DNA of 64,000 nt from Polyangiales bacterium (GTDB lineage Bacteria > Myxococcota_A > Polyangia > Polyangiales > JADJQN01), in the NCBI GenBank assembly GCA_964202905.1, contig CAXNJO010000016.1, positions 1-64,000 on the forward strand, written 5' to 3'. Numbering within the stretch: position 1 is the first letter of the stretch; every line of letters begins with the position of its first letter. This document shows, in pieces, positions 50,925-59,491 of the stretch. The position numbers and the translations under genes were made by a program. Under the pieces are notes generated by a model. It had not been told where the DNA came from. It did not search any database and worked only from the letters and a program-made list of their open reading frames with translations.

Positions 50925-51872
50925 ATGGTCTCCCTGAGCGTCCGGCTGTTCACCGAGAGTCGAGCGTTCGAGAGCGCGTGGCGGGCCGCGCTCCTCGACG
51001 TGGGTCTCGACGCCGAGATCGCAGCGCCCGCGACCATCGCGGACGCCGTGAGCGCCAGCGTCGCGCTCGTGATCGACGCCAGCTGGAGCGGCTTCGACGA
51101 GGACGAGCTGCTCGCCGCTGCAGGCTTCGCGCGCGCCGTCGGTGCATGGCCGATCGTCGCGCTCGAGGGGCCTGGCGCGTTCGCGCCCGTCGCAGCGCTG
51201 CTCGAAGAGCTGACGGGCGGGCTGCTCGCACGCAGTGACGCCGACGTCGCCCGCATCGCCGCCAGCCTCGCGCGCCGCCGCGACGAAGCCCGCGCGCGTC
51301 GCTTCGAGTACCTCACCGTCGCGCCGCGCGGCACCGATCTCCTCGCGGTCCTCGGCGACGGGCGCGCGAGCCTCGTGCGCCGCCCGCTCGCGGTCGGTGA
51401 CGACGGCAGCGACGTGCTCGAGATCACGCTCGCCGAAGACGCCGAGAGCGCCACCGTGCAGCTCGCGAGCGGCGCCGTCGTCGTCGTCCGCGCGCCCGCG
51501 GCCCCGCCCCTGCTCACGGCATCGACCGAGCCGCTCCTCGGCACCATCTCCCTCGATGGTGTCGCGCTGGGCGCGAGACTCCGCGCCTTGCGGATGGCCG
51601 CGGGCCTCACGCAGGCCGAACTCGCGCGGCGCACGGGCATCCATCGTCCGAACATCGCGCGCGTCGAGGCCGGACGTCACACCCCCTCGCTCGAGACGCT
51701 ATCGCGGCTCGCCGCGGCGATCGGCATCCCGACGACGCGCGTCCTCGAGCTCGCTCAGCCCGGCGAGGTCGACCCTTCGGCCATCGCCACCGCAATCGGT
51801 TTGACTGCACCCGACGCCGCGTCCGTGCCCGTGCCGAGCGGCGCCGCGCAGCCCCTCATCGGCACGAAGTAA
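50925..51872 (+). CDS. XRE/HTH_3 regulator with a long N-terminal region
   Basis: LGARLRALRMAAGLTQAELARRTGIHRPNIARVEAGRHTPSLETLSRLA near the C-terminus. Confidence 0.82.
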   Translation: MVSLSVRLFTESRAFESAWRAALLDVGLDAEIAAPATIADAVSASVALVIDASWSGFDEDELLAAAGFARAVGAWPIVALEGPGAFAPVAALLEELTGGLLARSDADVARIAASLARRRDEARARRFEYLTVAPRGTDLLAVLGDGRASLVRRPLAVGDDGSDVLEITLAEDAESATVQLASGAVVVVRAPAAPPLLTASTEPLLGTISLDGVALGARLRALRMAAGLTQAELARRTGIHRPNIARVEAGRHTPSLETLSRLAAAIGIPTTRVLELAQPGEVDPSAIATAIGLTAPDAASVPVPSGAAQPLIGTK

Positions 51873-52651
51873 CGCGCCCCGGTGAGTTCGTTGACACCCA
51901 CGTAGACGTCGACGCCGAAGGTGTCGCGGATACGCCGGTACGTCATCACCTCGGCGACGGTCCCGAGCGCCACGGGCAGCCCGCCGCGCAGCAACAGCAG
52001 CCGATCGCAGTACTGCGCCGCGAGGTTCAGATCGTGCACCACGAGGAGAGCCGCGACGCCCGTCTCGCGCACACGCGCGGCGACGAGGTCGAGCAGCGCG
52101 ACCTGATGGTGGATGTCGAGGAAGGCCGTCGGCTCGTCGAGGACGAGCACGGGCGTCTGCTGAGCGAGCGCCCGCGCGATCGCGACGCGCTTCTGCTCGC
52201 CGCCCGAGAGCGACGCGAAGGGACGCGCGCGGAGCGCCCACGCTTCGCACGCGCGCAGCGCCTCCTCGGCGACGCGAACGTCGTCGGCGCGCTCGAGCCC
52301 GAAGAAGCCGAGGTGCGGCGCGCGCCCCATCAGCACGACCTCCCACGCGCTGAACGCGAACGCCGCCTCGTCGCGCTGCGGCACGAGGGCGAGCGCCCGC
52401 GCGAGCGTCGCACGGGAGGCGACGCGCGTGTCGTAGCCCGCGACGTGCACCGCACCACGCTCGGGCGTGACGAGCCCGGCCGCAAGTCGCGCGAGCGTCG
52501 ATTTCCCGGAGCCATTCGGGCCGATCACCCCGACGAGCTCCCCGGGCGCGACCGTGAGCGACACGCCATCGACCGCGCGCGGCACGCCGGGGCCGTAGCC
52601 GAACGCGACGTCCTCGAAGACCAGCGCGCATCCGGGAGCCGGGCGGATCAT
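51755..52651 (-). CDS. ABC ATP-binding protein, iron-siderophore/heme/cobalamin type
   Basis: GPNGSGKST, VLMGRAPH, LSGGEQKR, LDEPTAFLDIHHQ, HDLNLAAQYCD. Confidence 0.92.
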   Translation of the reverse strand: MIRPAPGCALVFEDVAFGYGPGVPRAVDGVSLTVAPGELVGVIGPNGSGKSTLARLAAGLVTPERGAVHVAGYDTRVASRATLARALALVPQRDEAAFAFSAWEVVLMGRAPHLGFFGLERADDVRVAEEALRACEAWALRARPFASLSGGEQKRVAIARALAQQTPVLVLDEPTAFLDIHHQVALLDLVAARVRETGVAALLVVHDLNLAAQYCDRLLLLRGGLPVALGTVAEVMTYRRIRDTFGVDVYVGVNELTGARYFVPMRGCAAPLGTGTDAASGAVKPIAVAMAEGSTSPG

Positions 52652-52686
52652 TGACGCGCACGGTAGCAGGCGGCTATCCCGCGGAC

Positions 52687-53544
52687 GTGATCGACCTCGA
52701 CCCGAGCCGCTCCGCCACCCCGCCGCGCGACGCGGCGACGCTCATCCTGTTGCGCCCCGGCGCGCGCAACCCTTTCGAGATCTTCCTCGTGAAGCGGCAC
52801 GCGCGCAGCGGATTCATGGCGAGCGCGTACGTGTTCCCGGGCGGCAAGGTCGATGAGGCCGACGCCTCTCCCGCGCTGCTCGCGCGGACCGACGGCCGCA
52901 CCCCCGAGGAGGCCGCGCGCGCCCTCGCGGAGCCGGACGATCCACAGCGCGCGATCGCTCTGTACGTGGCGGCCATCCGCGAAACGTTTGAGGAGGCCGG
53001 CGTGCTCCTCGCGGACCTGCCCCCGGGTGCAGATCTCGGTGATGCGCGCGCGCGCCTCGCCGCCGGGACCCCCTTCGTCGACGTCTTGAACGCCCTTGGC
53101 GCGCAGCTTCGCCTCGATCGGCTGATCCCCTACGCGCGCTGGGTGACCCCGGTGGTCGAGCCGCGCCGCTTCGACGCGCGCTTCTTCCTCGCGCTCGCGC
53201 CAGCCGGGCAGGACGCGTCGCACGACGCGCACGAGACCACCGACGCGGCGTGGCTCTCACCGCACGACGCGCTCGCGGAGGTCGCCGCCGGCACGATCCA
53301 ACTGCCGCCGCCGACGCTGCGGACGCTCGAAAACCTCGGCCGCGCCGTGTCGCTCGAGGCCCTGCTCGACGAGGCAGCGCGCACGCCCCCGCCCTACGTG
53401 GACCCCCTGTTCCGGCAAGACGGCGAGCGCATCATGCTCGTGCTGCCCGGCGATCCCGCCCACGCGACCGCGTCCCCCGCGCTCCCCGGCCCGACGCGCT
53501 TCGTGCTCGAGGGTGGGCGCTGGTGGTCCCGCCCCAACGCCTGA
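52687..53544 (+). CDS. Nudix hydrolase (NUDT19-like)
   Basis: PRDAATLIL, FMASAYVFPGGKVD, AAIRETFEEAG, RWVTP...RRFDARFF, PPT. Confidence 0.85.
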   Translation: MIDLDPSRSATPPRDAATLILLRPGARNPFEIFLVKRHARSGFMASAYVFPGGKVDEADASPALLARTDGRTPEEAARALAEPDDPQRAIALYVAAIRETFEEAGVLLADLPPGADLGDARARLAAGTPFVDVLNALGAQLRLDRLIPYARWVTPVVEPRRFDARFFLALAPAGQDASHDAHETTDAAWLSPHDALAEVAAGTIQLPPPTLRTLENLGRAVSLEALLDEAARTPPPYVDPLFRQDGERIMLVLPGDPAHATASPALPGPTRFVLEGGRWWSRPNA

Positions 53545-53834
53545 ACCGATCGGCGCGCAGGCCGCCACGCGCCGGCAGCACGCGCCGCACACGGCATCGC
53601 ATACGCCGAGTTGCAACGCGTCACACAGTGCCGCGCAGGACGACGCGCACACCCTGCCACGCCACGCGGCACGACGCGTCGTGCGTGGTGCGATCCCACG
53701 GCGCGGACATACATCGCTGCCACTCGGCAATGCGACTCCGCGCCGCGACTGACCAAGGCGAGTCGGCACGCACGTCTCGCCAGCCGTGTCAGCCATGCCA
53801 GCCACGCCAGCCACGCCAGCCACTCTCTTTCTGT

Positions 53835-53960
53835 AATCCAGATCACAGAAAGCAGGTTCAGATCTGGATTTCTTGCTAGACATTGGAGTTCTGATCCTGC
53901 CTAGTGATCTCTACTCGTCTCTACTCATCCCTACTCGTGCCTATTTCTGCCAACTCTCGG
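53835..53960. promoter_or_regulatory. Lower-GC regulatory region: 10-bp inverted repeat plus phased 10-bp direct repeats
   Basis: AATCCAGATC-N16-GATCTGGATT at 53835-53870; units CTAGTGATCT, CTACTCGTCT, CTACTCATCC, CTACTCGTGC, CTATTTCTGC at exact 10-bp steps from 53901. Confidence 0.65.
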
Positions 53961-54302
53961 CCACGCTTGGCCAGTCCTGCGGCATGTGGCTTCCCGCGCG
54001 CGCGGCCCTGCGTTCGCGGGGGGTCTGCATGCGCGCAGGTCTGTGTTCATGCGGCTCGTGTGCGCGGGAGCGGGTGCACACAGTCGGTGAGCGCGCACAT
54101 GACGGATTCACGAACGGGTCGGACGGACATGGCTGCGGGCGGGCTCGGGTGGATGTGGATCGCGCGCACGCGGAGGCGGGCGCCACTCGCGGCGGTTCCC
54201 GGGCCCACGCAGCCCACCGATCGACAAGGCGCGCCACGCAGCTCCGCTGGCAGACTCTGAACGCTGACGCTGCCGGCACACCGAGCCGGCGTAAGGGAAT
54301 CC

Positions 54303-54881
54303 GTGAGCAACGAAGGCGAGCAGGTGCGTGAGCTCTTCACCGCGTCCGACGTGGCGCGGTTTTGTCAGGTGGATCTGAAGACGATTCACAACTGGGCCGA
54401 GCGCGGCGAGATCCGGCACTTCCGGACGCCGGGCCGTCACCTGCGCTTCCGGCGGGTCGACGTGCTCGATTTCCTCCGCAAGTACGGCTACCCCGTCCCC
54501 GAGATGCTGATCGTGGGCAAACCGCGGCTGCACGCGATCGACGACGACGGAGCGTGGCTCGGCCAGATCAAGCGCAACCTCTCGAAGCGCTTCGAGGTCA
54601 CGACCTTCCAGGACCCGTTCGATGCGCTCGTCTCGATCGGAAGCGAGTCACCCGACTGCATCGTGCTCGACATCAAGATGCCGACATTCGACGGCCTGCG
54701 CTGCCTCTCACGGCTCAAGCAACTCCCCTCGACGCGGCACATCCGCACGGTCGTGTTCTCCGGCTATGAGGAGACGCGCAAGAAGGCGCTCGAGGCGGGT
54801 GCCTCCGCCTTCGTCTCGAAGCCGGACATCGCGCGGCTCAAGGAGACGCTCGAAGCGCTGCTCGGGCTCGAGCGTCAGTAG
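54303..54881 (+). CDS. Excisionase/BldC-like (HTH_17) DNA-binding domain fused to a receiver domain
   Basis: FTASDVARFCQVDLKTIHNWAERG...FRTPGRHLRF, then REC (AIDDD, VLDIKMP, VFSG, SKP). Confidence 0.88.
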   Translation: MSNEGEQVRELFTASDVARFCQVDLKTIHNWAERGEIRHFRTPGRHLRFRRVDVLDFLRKYGYPVPEMLIVGKPRLHAIDDDGAWLGQIKRNLSKRFEVTTFQDPFDALVSIGSESPDCIVLDIKMPTFDGLRCLSRLKQLPSTRHIRTVVFSGYEETRKKALEAGASAFVSKPDIARLKETLEALLGLERQ

Positions 54882-55006
54882 CGAAGAACGACGGGCGCCT
54901 CGCGCAGCACCACGCGCGCGATCGCCCGCGCTGCCCGCGCATCGCCAGACCACGCATCGCCAAACCACGCGGTCACGACGCGCGCGCCGCCCGACGCGAA
55001 GCCGGA

Positions 55007-55666
55007 TCAGGCGCCGCGGGAGGCTTTCTCGTCGAGCCCGGAGACCCCGGCGCGGCGCGCGAGTTCGCGCTCGACGTCGCTGAGCGTGACGCCGCGCGAG
55101 AGCAGCCCCACGAGCGCGTGGTAGACGAGGTCCGCGCACTCCGCGACCACCCGATCATCGGGCTCGTCGGCGATGGCGCGCGCGAGCTCGTCGGCTTCCT
55201 CGCGCACCTTCGCGCCGATCCGCGCAGCGCCCGCATCGAGCAGCGAGCGCGTGTAGCTCCGCGCGCCCGTCGCCGCGCGACGCGCCTCGAGTTCCGCGAA
55301 GAGCCGCGCGAGCTCCGTCGCCGCCGGGCCTTGCGCGGCGCCAGCGTCGGCGTCGAGCCGTCGGAAGAAGCACGAGTCGGTGCCCGTGTGACAGGTCGGG
55401 CCGAGCGGCGTCGCGAGGTAGAGCACCGCGTCAGCGTCGCAATCGACCCAGACCTCGGCGACGCGAATCACGTTCCCGCTCGACTCGCCCTTCCGCCAGA
55501 GCGCGCCCCGTGAACGCGAATAGAAATGCGCCTCGCGCGTCGCGGCGGTGCGCTCGAGCGCCTCCGCGTTCGCGTGCGCGACCATCCGCACGGCGCCGCT
55601 CGCCCGGTCTTGAACGACCACCGTCACGAGCCCGGCCGCATCCCACTTGAGCGCCGAGAGATCCAT
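55007..55666 (-). CDS. hisIE: Bifunctional PR-AMP cyclohydrolase / PR-ATP pyrophosphatase
   Basis: YSRSR..LWRKGESSG, DCDAD, CHTG..SCF, SYT..L, KVREEA.E, ECADLVYH. Confidence 0.95.
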   Translation of the reverse strand: MDLSALKWDAAGLVTVVVQDRASGAVRMVAHANAEALERTAATREAHFYSRSRGALWRKGESSGNVIRVAEVWVDCDADAVLYLATPLGPTCHTGTDSCFFRRLDADAGAAQGPAATELARLFAELEARRAATGARSYTRSLLDAGAARIGAKVREEADELARAIADEPDDRVVAECADLVYHALVGLLSRGVTLSDVERELARRAGVSGLDEKASRGA

Positions 55667-55733
55667 CGGCCGCAGTTTGCACGCAACCGCGCGCAGGACG
55701 CCACGGATAACCGGCCCACTCACGGAGGAGACC

Positions 55734-55946
55734 ATGAAGAACCGCCGCCACGATCTCGACGCCGTCCTCGCAGAACTCGCCGAACAGGATGCCCTCTTGC
55801 ACGGCGCGACCGCGCGCTTCGATCCCGACCCCGACGCGGGCGACGACGCCGACGTCCTCGACCGCGTCTTCGAGCTGCGCTTCGGCGCGATTCACCGCAC
55901 GGCGCGGCTCACGCGCCCCGCGCACGGCTTCCTGCTGCGCGCCTGA
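55734..55946 (+). CDS. Small 70-aa hypothetical protein, first gene of the translocon-like cassette
   Basis: Strong GGAGGAG RBS; helical acidic protein ending GFLLRA; co-oriented with the next three genes. Confidence 0.65.
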   Translation: MKNRRHDLDAVLAELAEQDALLHGATARFDPDPDAGDDADVLDRVFELRFGAIHRTARLTRPAHGFLLRA

Positions 55947-55994
55947 TCGCCCGCCGAAGCGCTCGCCACCCCCAACGACGAAGAGGTTTTCACG

Positions 55995-56645
55995 ATGACC
56001 GGCAGCTCCTCGATCGGATTCCCCTCGCGCACCTTCCCCGGACTCGGCGGCATCAGCACGACGCACGGAACGGAGGGCGATCGCGGCGACGAACTTCTCG
56101 GCGCCATCGCGGCCTCGGCGGCGCAGGGCGATTTCCGCGCCTTCATGGCGAGCCTCCCGATCTCGCTCACGCCCTCGGCGATCGTCGGGATGCTGCAGCG
56201 CCGCATGAACGGGCTCGACAGCCAGATCAGCGCGCGGATCACGGAGATGGAAGGCCAGCAGGCGCACATCAGCGAGTTGCAGGGCAAGGCCGAGATCCTC
56301 CTCGCGGTGCAGGCCGCCGTGAATACCGACGGGAACATCTTCGCGAACAAGGAGATCACGATCAACGGCGAGACGAAGAAGGCGGAACAGTGGATTGCGC
56401 AGACCGGCGTCGACGTTGCGCAGGTCATCGATGCGGACGACGGCAACTGGTACACGGGCGGCGTCCTCAGCGCCGCGACGAAGGCCATCGAGTCGGACAT
56501 CAAGCAGGCGAATCAGGGCAACGAACTGCGCATGATGGACCTGCAGAGCCTGATGCAGCAGCGCTCGTCCGAGATCTCCCTCGCGACGAACATGCTGAAG
56601 GCGGTGCAGGAAGGCACGGACGCGATCGTCCGCAACATGGGCTGA
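55995..56645 (+). CDS. Putative T3SS tip/filament protein (Bsp22-like C-terminal helix)
   Basis: Coiled coils; C-terminus ELRMMDLQSLMQQRSSEISLATNMLKAVQEGTDAIVRNMG resembles the polymerisation helix of T3SS needle/filament subunits; Ser/Thr/Gly-rich N-terminus; no Sec signal. Confidence 0.6.
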   Translation: MTGSSSIGFPSRTFPGLGGISTTHGTEGDRGDELLGAIAASAAQGDFRAFMASLPISLTPSAIVGMLQRRMNGLDSQISARITEMEGQQAHISELQGKAEILLAVQAAVNTDGNIFANKEITINGETKKAEQWIAQTGVDVAQVIDADDGNWYTGGVLSAATKAIESDIKQANQGNELRMMDLQSLMQQRSSEISLATNMLKAVQEGTDAIVRNMG

Positions 56646-56671
56646 GAACGCAGCGCTCCGAGAGGCCGCCC

Positions 56672-57847
56672 ATGACACGCATCGCCAATGGCGCCTTCGT
56701 GCGCCTGCCCGACCACGGCACACTCGCCCTCGCAGCGCGCGGTGCCGCACCCCTCGACAGCCCGCTCACCCTCGCCCTCCTCGCGGCGCCCCCGGCCGTC
56801 CCCGGGGCGGGCGCGCGTCGCGCGAGCGCGGACGCCGCACCGCGCACGTCCGGCGCTGCAGGCCCCGACGCACGCGCGCAGGTCCAGTCTCCCGCGCAGC
56901 GCGACGCGGCAGCGGCGATCGGGCTCGCCTTCGTCGGCAGCCCGGAGACCTTCCTCGCCCGCGTCGCGCTCGAATTGCGGCGGACGCGCAGCGCCGTGCA
57001 GGAGATGGGGCTCCGGGTCGAGACCAGCGCCGCGGATGGCGCGGAGAAGGCACGCGAAGCCGCCGAGGCCGCCGCGACGCGCGCCGCGCGGGAAGCCACC
57101 AGCTTCCTCGGCCTCGGCAAGACCTTCGACACCATCGCGCAGATCGCGGGTGTCGTGGCTTCCGTCGCGACCACCGCGCTGACCCTCGGCGCCGCGGCGC
57201 CGATCGCCGCTGGGGTGTTGCTCATGACCTTCGGGCCCCAACTCGTGGACTGCGCGGTCGATGCGGGCCTGTGCCCGCCCGAGTTGCGCGAAGCCGCGAG
57301 CACCGCGCTCAAGCTCACGGGCGCGGTGATGCTCGCGACGGCCACGCTCGGTGCGGGCGCGGCCGCGATCGGCGCCGTCGCGCTCGAGGCCGCCGCGAAG
57401 CACGTGGTCGATGCGGTGGCCGCAGCCTTCGATCTCAGCCCCGAGGTGTCCATGGCGCTGCAACTCACGCTCTCGGTCGGCGCGGGCGTACTCGGAGCCG
57501 TCGCCGGCGGCGCAGCGGCGTCGACGGGAGCGGCGCTCGGTGACGGTACGATCCGCGCCGCGACGACGGTGGGCCGCGACGTCGCGCGCGTCACGAGGGC
57601 CGCCGCCGAGGTCGGCTCCGCAACCACGGACGGTCTGGCCGCCGTGTCGGAGCACGACGCCGCACATGCCCGCGCCGACGCAACGGCAGCCGCCGCGACA
57701 CGCGACACCGCTCACGAGGACGCCGACAACTGGCTCGACGGCTTGCGCGCGACGCTCAAGGCCTACGGCCGCGCCATGCGCGTCGCGCGACAAACCCACG
57801 AAGCGCGCGGTGAGGCGCTGCGTGCCGCCACCCGACAACTTGCCTGA
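56672..57847 (+). CDS. Putative major translocator (SctE/YopB/BopB-like)
   Basis: Disordered N-terminus, coiled coil, long Gly/Ala hydrophobic hairpin (FLGLGK..IAQIAGVVASVATTALTLGAAAPIAAGVLLM), further hydrophobic segments, amphipathic C-terminus; no Sec signal. Confidence 0.6.
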   Translation: MTRIANGAFVRLPDHGTLALAARGAAPLDSPLTLALLAAPPAVPGAGARRASADAAPRTSGAAGPDARAQVQSPAQRDAAAAIGLAFVGSPETFLARVALELRRTRSAVQEMGLRVETSAADGAEKAREAAEAAATRAAREATSFLGLGKTFDTIAQIAGVVASVATTALTLGAAAPIAAGVLLMTFGPQLVDCAVDAGLCPPELREAASTALKLTGAVMLATATLGAGAAAIGAVALEAAAKHVVDAVAAAFDLSPEVSMALQLTLSVGAGVLGAVAGGAAASTGAALGDGTIRAATTVGRDVARVTRAAAEVGSATTDGLAAVSEHDAAHARADATAAAATRDTAHEDADNWLDGLRATLKAYGRAMRVARQTHEARGEALRAATRQLA

Positions 57848-57931
57848 GCGCTGGGCGCGCCCCACCCGCACTTGCGTCCGGCCCACCCCACATTTCCCGA
57901 AATCCGAGAATTTTTCGATGAAAAAGGCCCC

Positions 57932-58663
57932 ATGACAGCACGCATCGACGGCTCGACCCGTACGCCCACGTTCTCCACCGAGTTGCCCGTGATCACGAGC
58001 GGCGGCCCCGCGAGCGACGTCGCGCGACTGCAACTCGCGCTCCTCGACCGCCAGGAAGAATCGGCGTCCACGCAGCGGCGCGCTGGACGCGAGACCGCGC
58101 GCGCGCTCGGCCGGGCGCAGGTCGCCGAACAGCGCCGCGCGGCAGACCTCCAACTCGCCGCGGGGCTCACCCGTGCGGCCGCCTCAGCAGTCAGTGCGGG
58201 AATAGACCTCGCGAGCAGCATGAAGAGCGACCGCGCCGCGGACGCGCAGTTCCGCGCCGACAACGCGGGCGCCGATGTCGCGCGCGCGAACGATGCCCGC
58301 ACCGAGCCCGCCGGCCCCGGCGAGTCGGGGGCGTCCACCGTGTCCCTCGACCCGTCGAGGCGCGCGGCGGCGAAGCACGTGCACGAGGCGAGCCGCCTCA
58401 GGAACGAAGCGACGCGCATCGACGCCGCTGGCAAGGCGATCAGCGCCGGCGCGCAAGCCATCGCGGCGACACTCGACCACGCCGCTTCCCGCGCGGAAAT
58501 CCGCGCCACCGAGGCTGGGCAACTGGCCGAGATCGCGCGCCAGACCGCAGACGACGCCGGCGACCACGCTGCGCAGGCAGCACGCCGCAGCGACCGGCTC
58601 ATCGAGTCGCTCTCCCAAATCGCGCAGGCCCGCGCCGAGGCGATGCGCAACGCGACCGCCTAA
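57932..58663 (+). CDS. Putative minor translocator (SctB/YopD/SseD-like)
   Basis: Coiled coil, one weakly hydrophobic segment (LAAGLTRAAASAVSAGI), Ala-rich helices, C-terminal amphipathic helix LIESLSQIAQARAEAMRNA; follows the SctE-like gene. Confidence 0.5.
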   Translation: MTARIDGSTRTPTFSTELPVITSGGPASDVARLQLALLDRQEESASTQRRAGRETARALGRAQVAEQRRAADLQLAAGLTRAAASAVSAGIDLASSMKSDRAADAQFRADNAGADVARANDARTEPAGPGESGASTVSLDPSRRAAAKHVHEASRLRNEATRIDAAGKAISAGAQAIAATLDHAASRAEIRATEAGQLAEIARQTADDAGDHAAQAARRSDRLIESLSQIAQARAEAMRNATA

Positions 58664-58859
58664 CGCGCGCCCCCGACACCACCCCTCGAGCGCGTTCCGC
58701 GCGCCGCCCCCTCAGGGCGACGCGCAACGCGCCCCCTCGACGCGCGCGCCCGGCATCATGGATACGTGACGCACACCGCTTCTCGAGGCGCACCCGGTCG
58801 TCCCGTGCACGCTCCCTGCTACGCCGCCACGCCCCAGGGAGCCCGGCGTGGGGGAACGC

Positions 58860-59378
58860 TCACGCGGGCGTCGCGGGGATCGGCATCGAGAGACCGAAGA
58901 TCCCGAGGATCTCCTTCTCGACGCGCTCCTCCTTGACCTTGCGTGCGAGGGCGAGCTCGGTGACGAGGAGGCTGCGGGCGGTGTCGAGCAAGCGACGCTC
59001 GCCGAAGCTCAGGTCCTTGTCACCCTTGAGGCGGTAGAGGTCGCGGAGGACCTTCGCGACCTCGAACGGGCTGCCGCTCTTGAGCATGTCCATGTACTCG
59101 CGGTAACGCCGGTTCCACGGTTGCGCTTCGACGGCCACTTCGTCGCTCTTGAGGATTTGGATGACCTTGTCGGCGTCCTTCTTCGAGATGACGCTCCGCA
59201 GCCCGGCGCGCGCGGCGCCGTCCGTCGGGATCATCAAACGCATCCCGCTGTCGATCAGTTTGAGGATGTAAAACGCCTTGGGCTTGCCGGCGATCTCGCG
59301 GTTCTCGATGCCCGTGACCTCGGCGACGCCGTGCGCGGGATAGACCGCTTTGTCGCCGACCTTGAAGTGCATCTCCAT
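58860..59378 (-). CDS. cdnL: CarD/CdnL family RNA-polymerase-binding protein
   Basis: FKVGDKAVYPAHGVA, GLRSVI, WNRRYR, LSFGERRLL; no HMGA tail. Confidence 0.9.
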   Translation of the reverse strand: MEMHFKVGDKAVYPAHGVAEVTGIENREIAGKPKAFYILKLIDSGMRLMIPTDGAARAGLRSVISKKDADKVIQILKSDEVAVEAQPWNRRYREYMDMLKSGSPFEVAKVLRDLYRLKGDKDLSFGERRLLDTARSLLVTELALARKVKEERVEKEILGIFGLSMPIPATPA

Positions 59379-59491
59379 GCGTGACCTCTCTTCTTCGCGG
59401 GTGTCCGGACATGCCGACCGTCCAAGCGGACGGTAACGGCCCCGGAAATTGGGGACAGGGGCGCCCGCGCGCGGCGGCGCACGTCCGACGC

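Noticed and set aside
54938..54970. 15-bp tandem duplication (GCATCGCCA.ACCAC x2) between the regulator gene and hisIE
   Set aside because: Only two short copies between convergent genes; no functional inference possible
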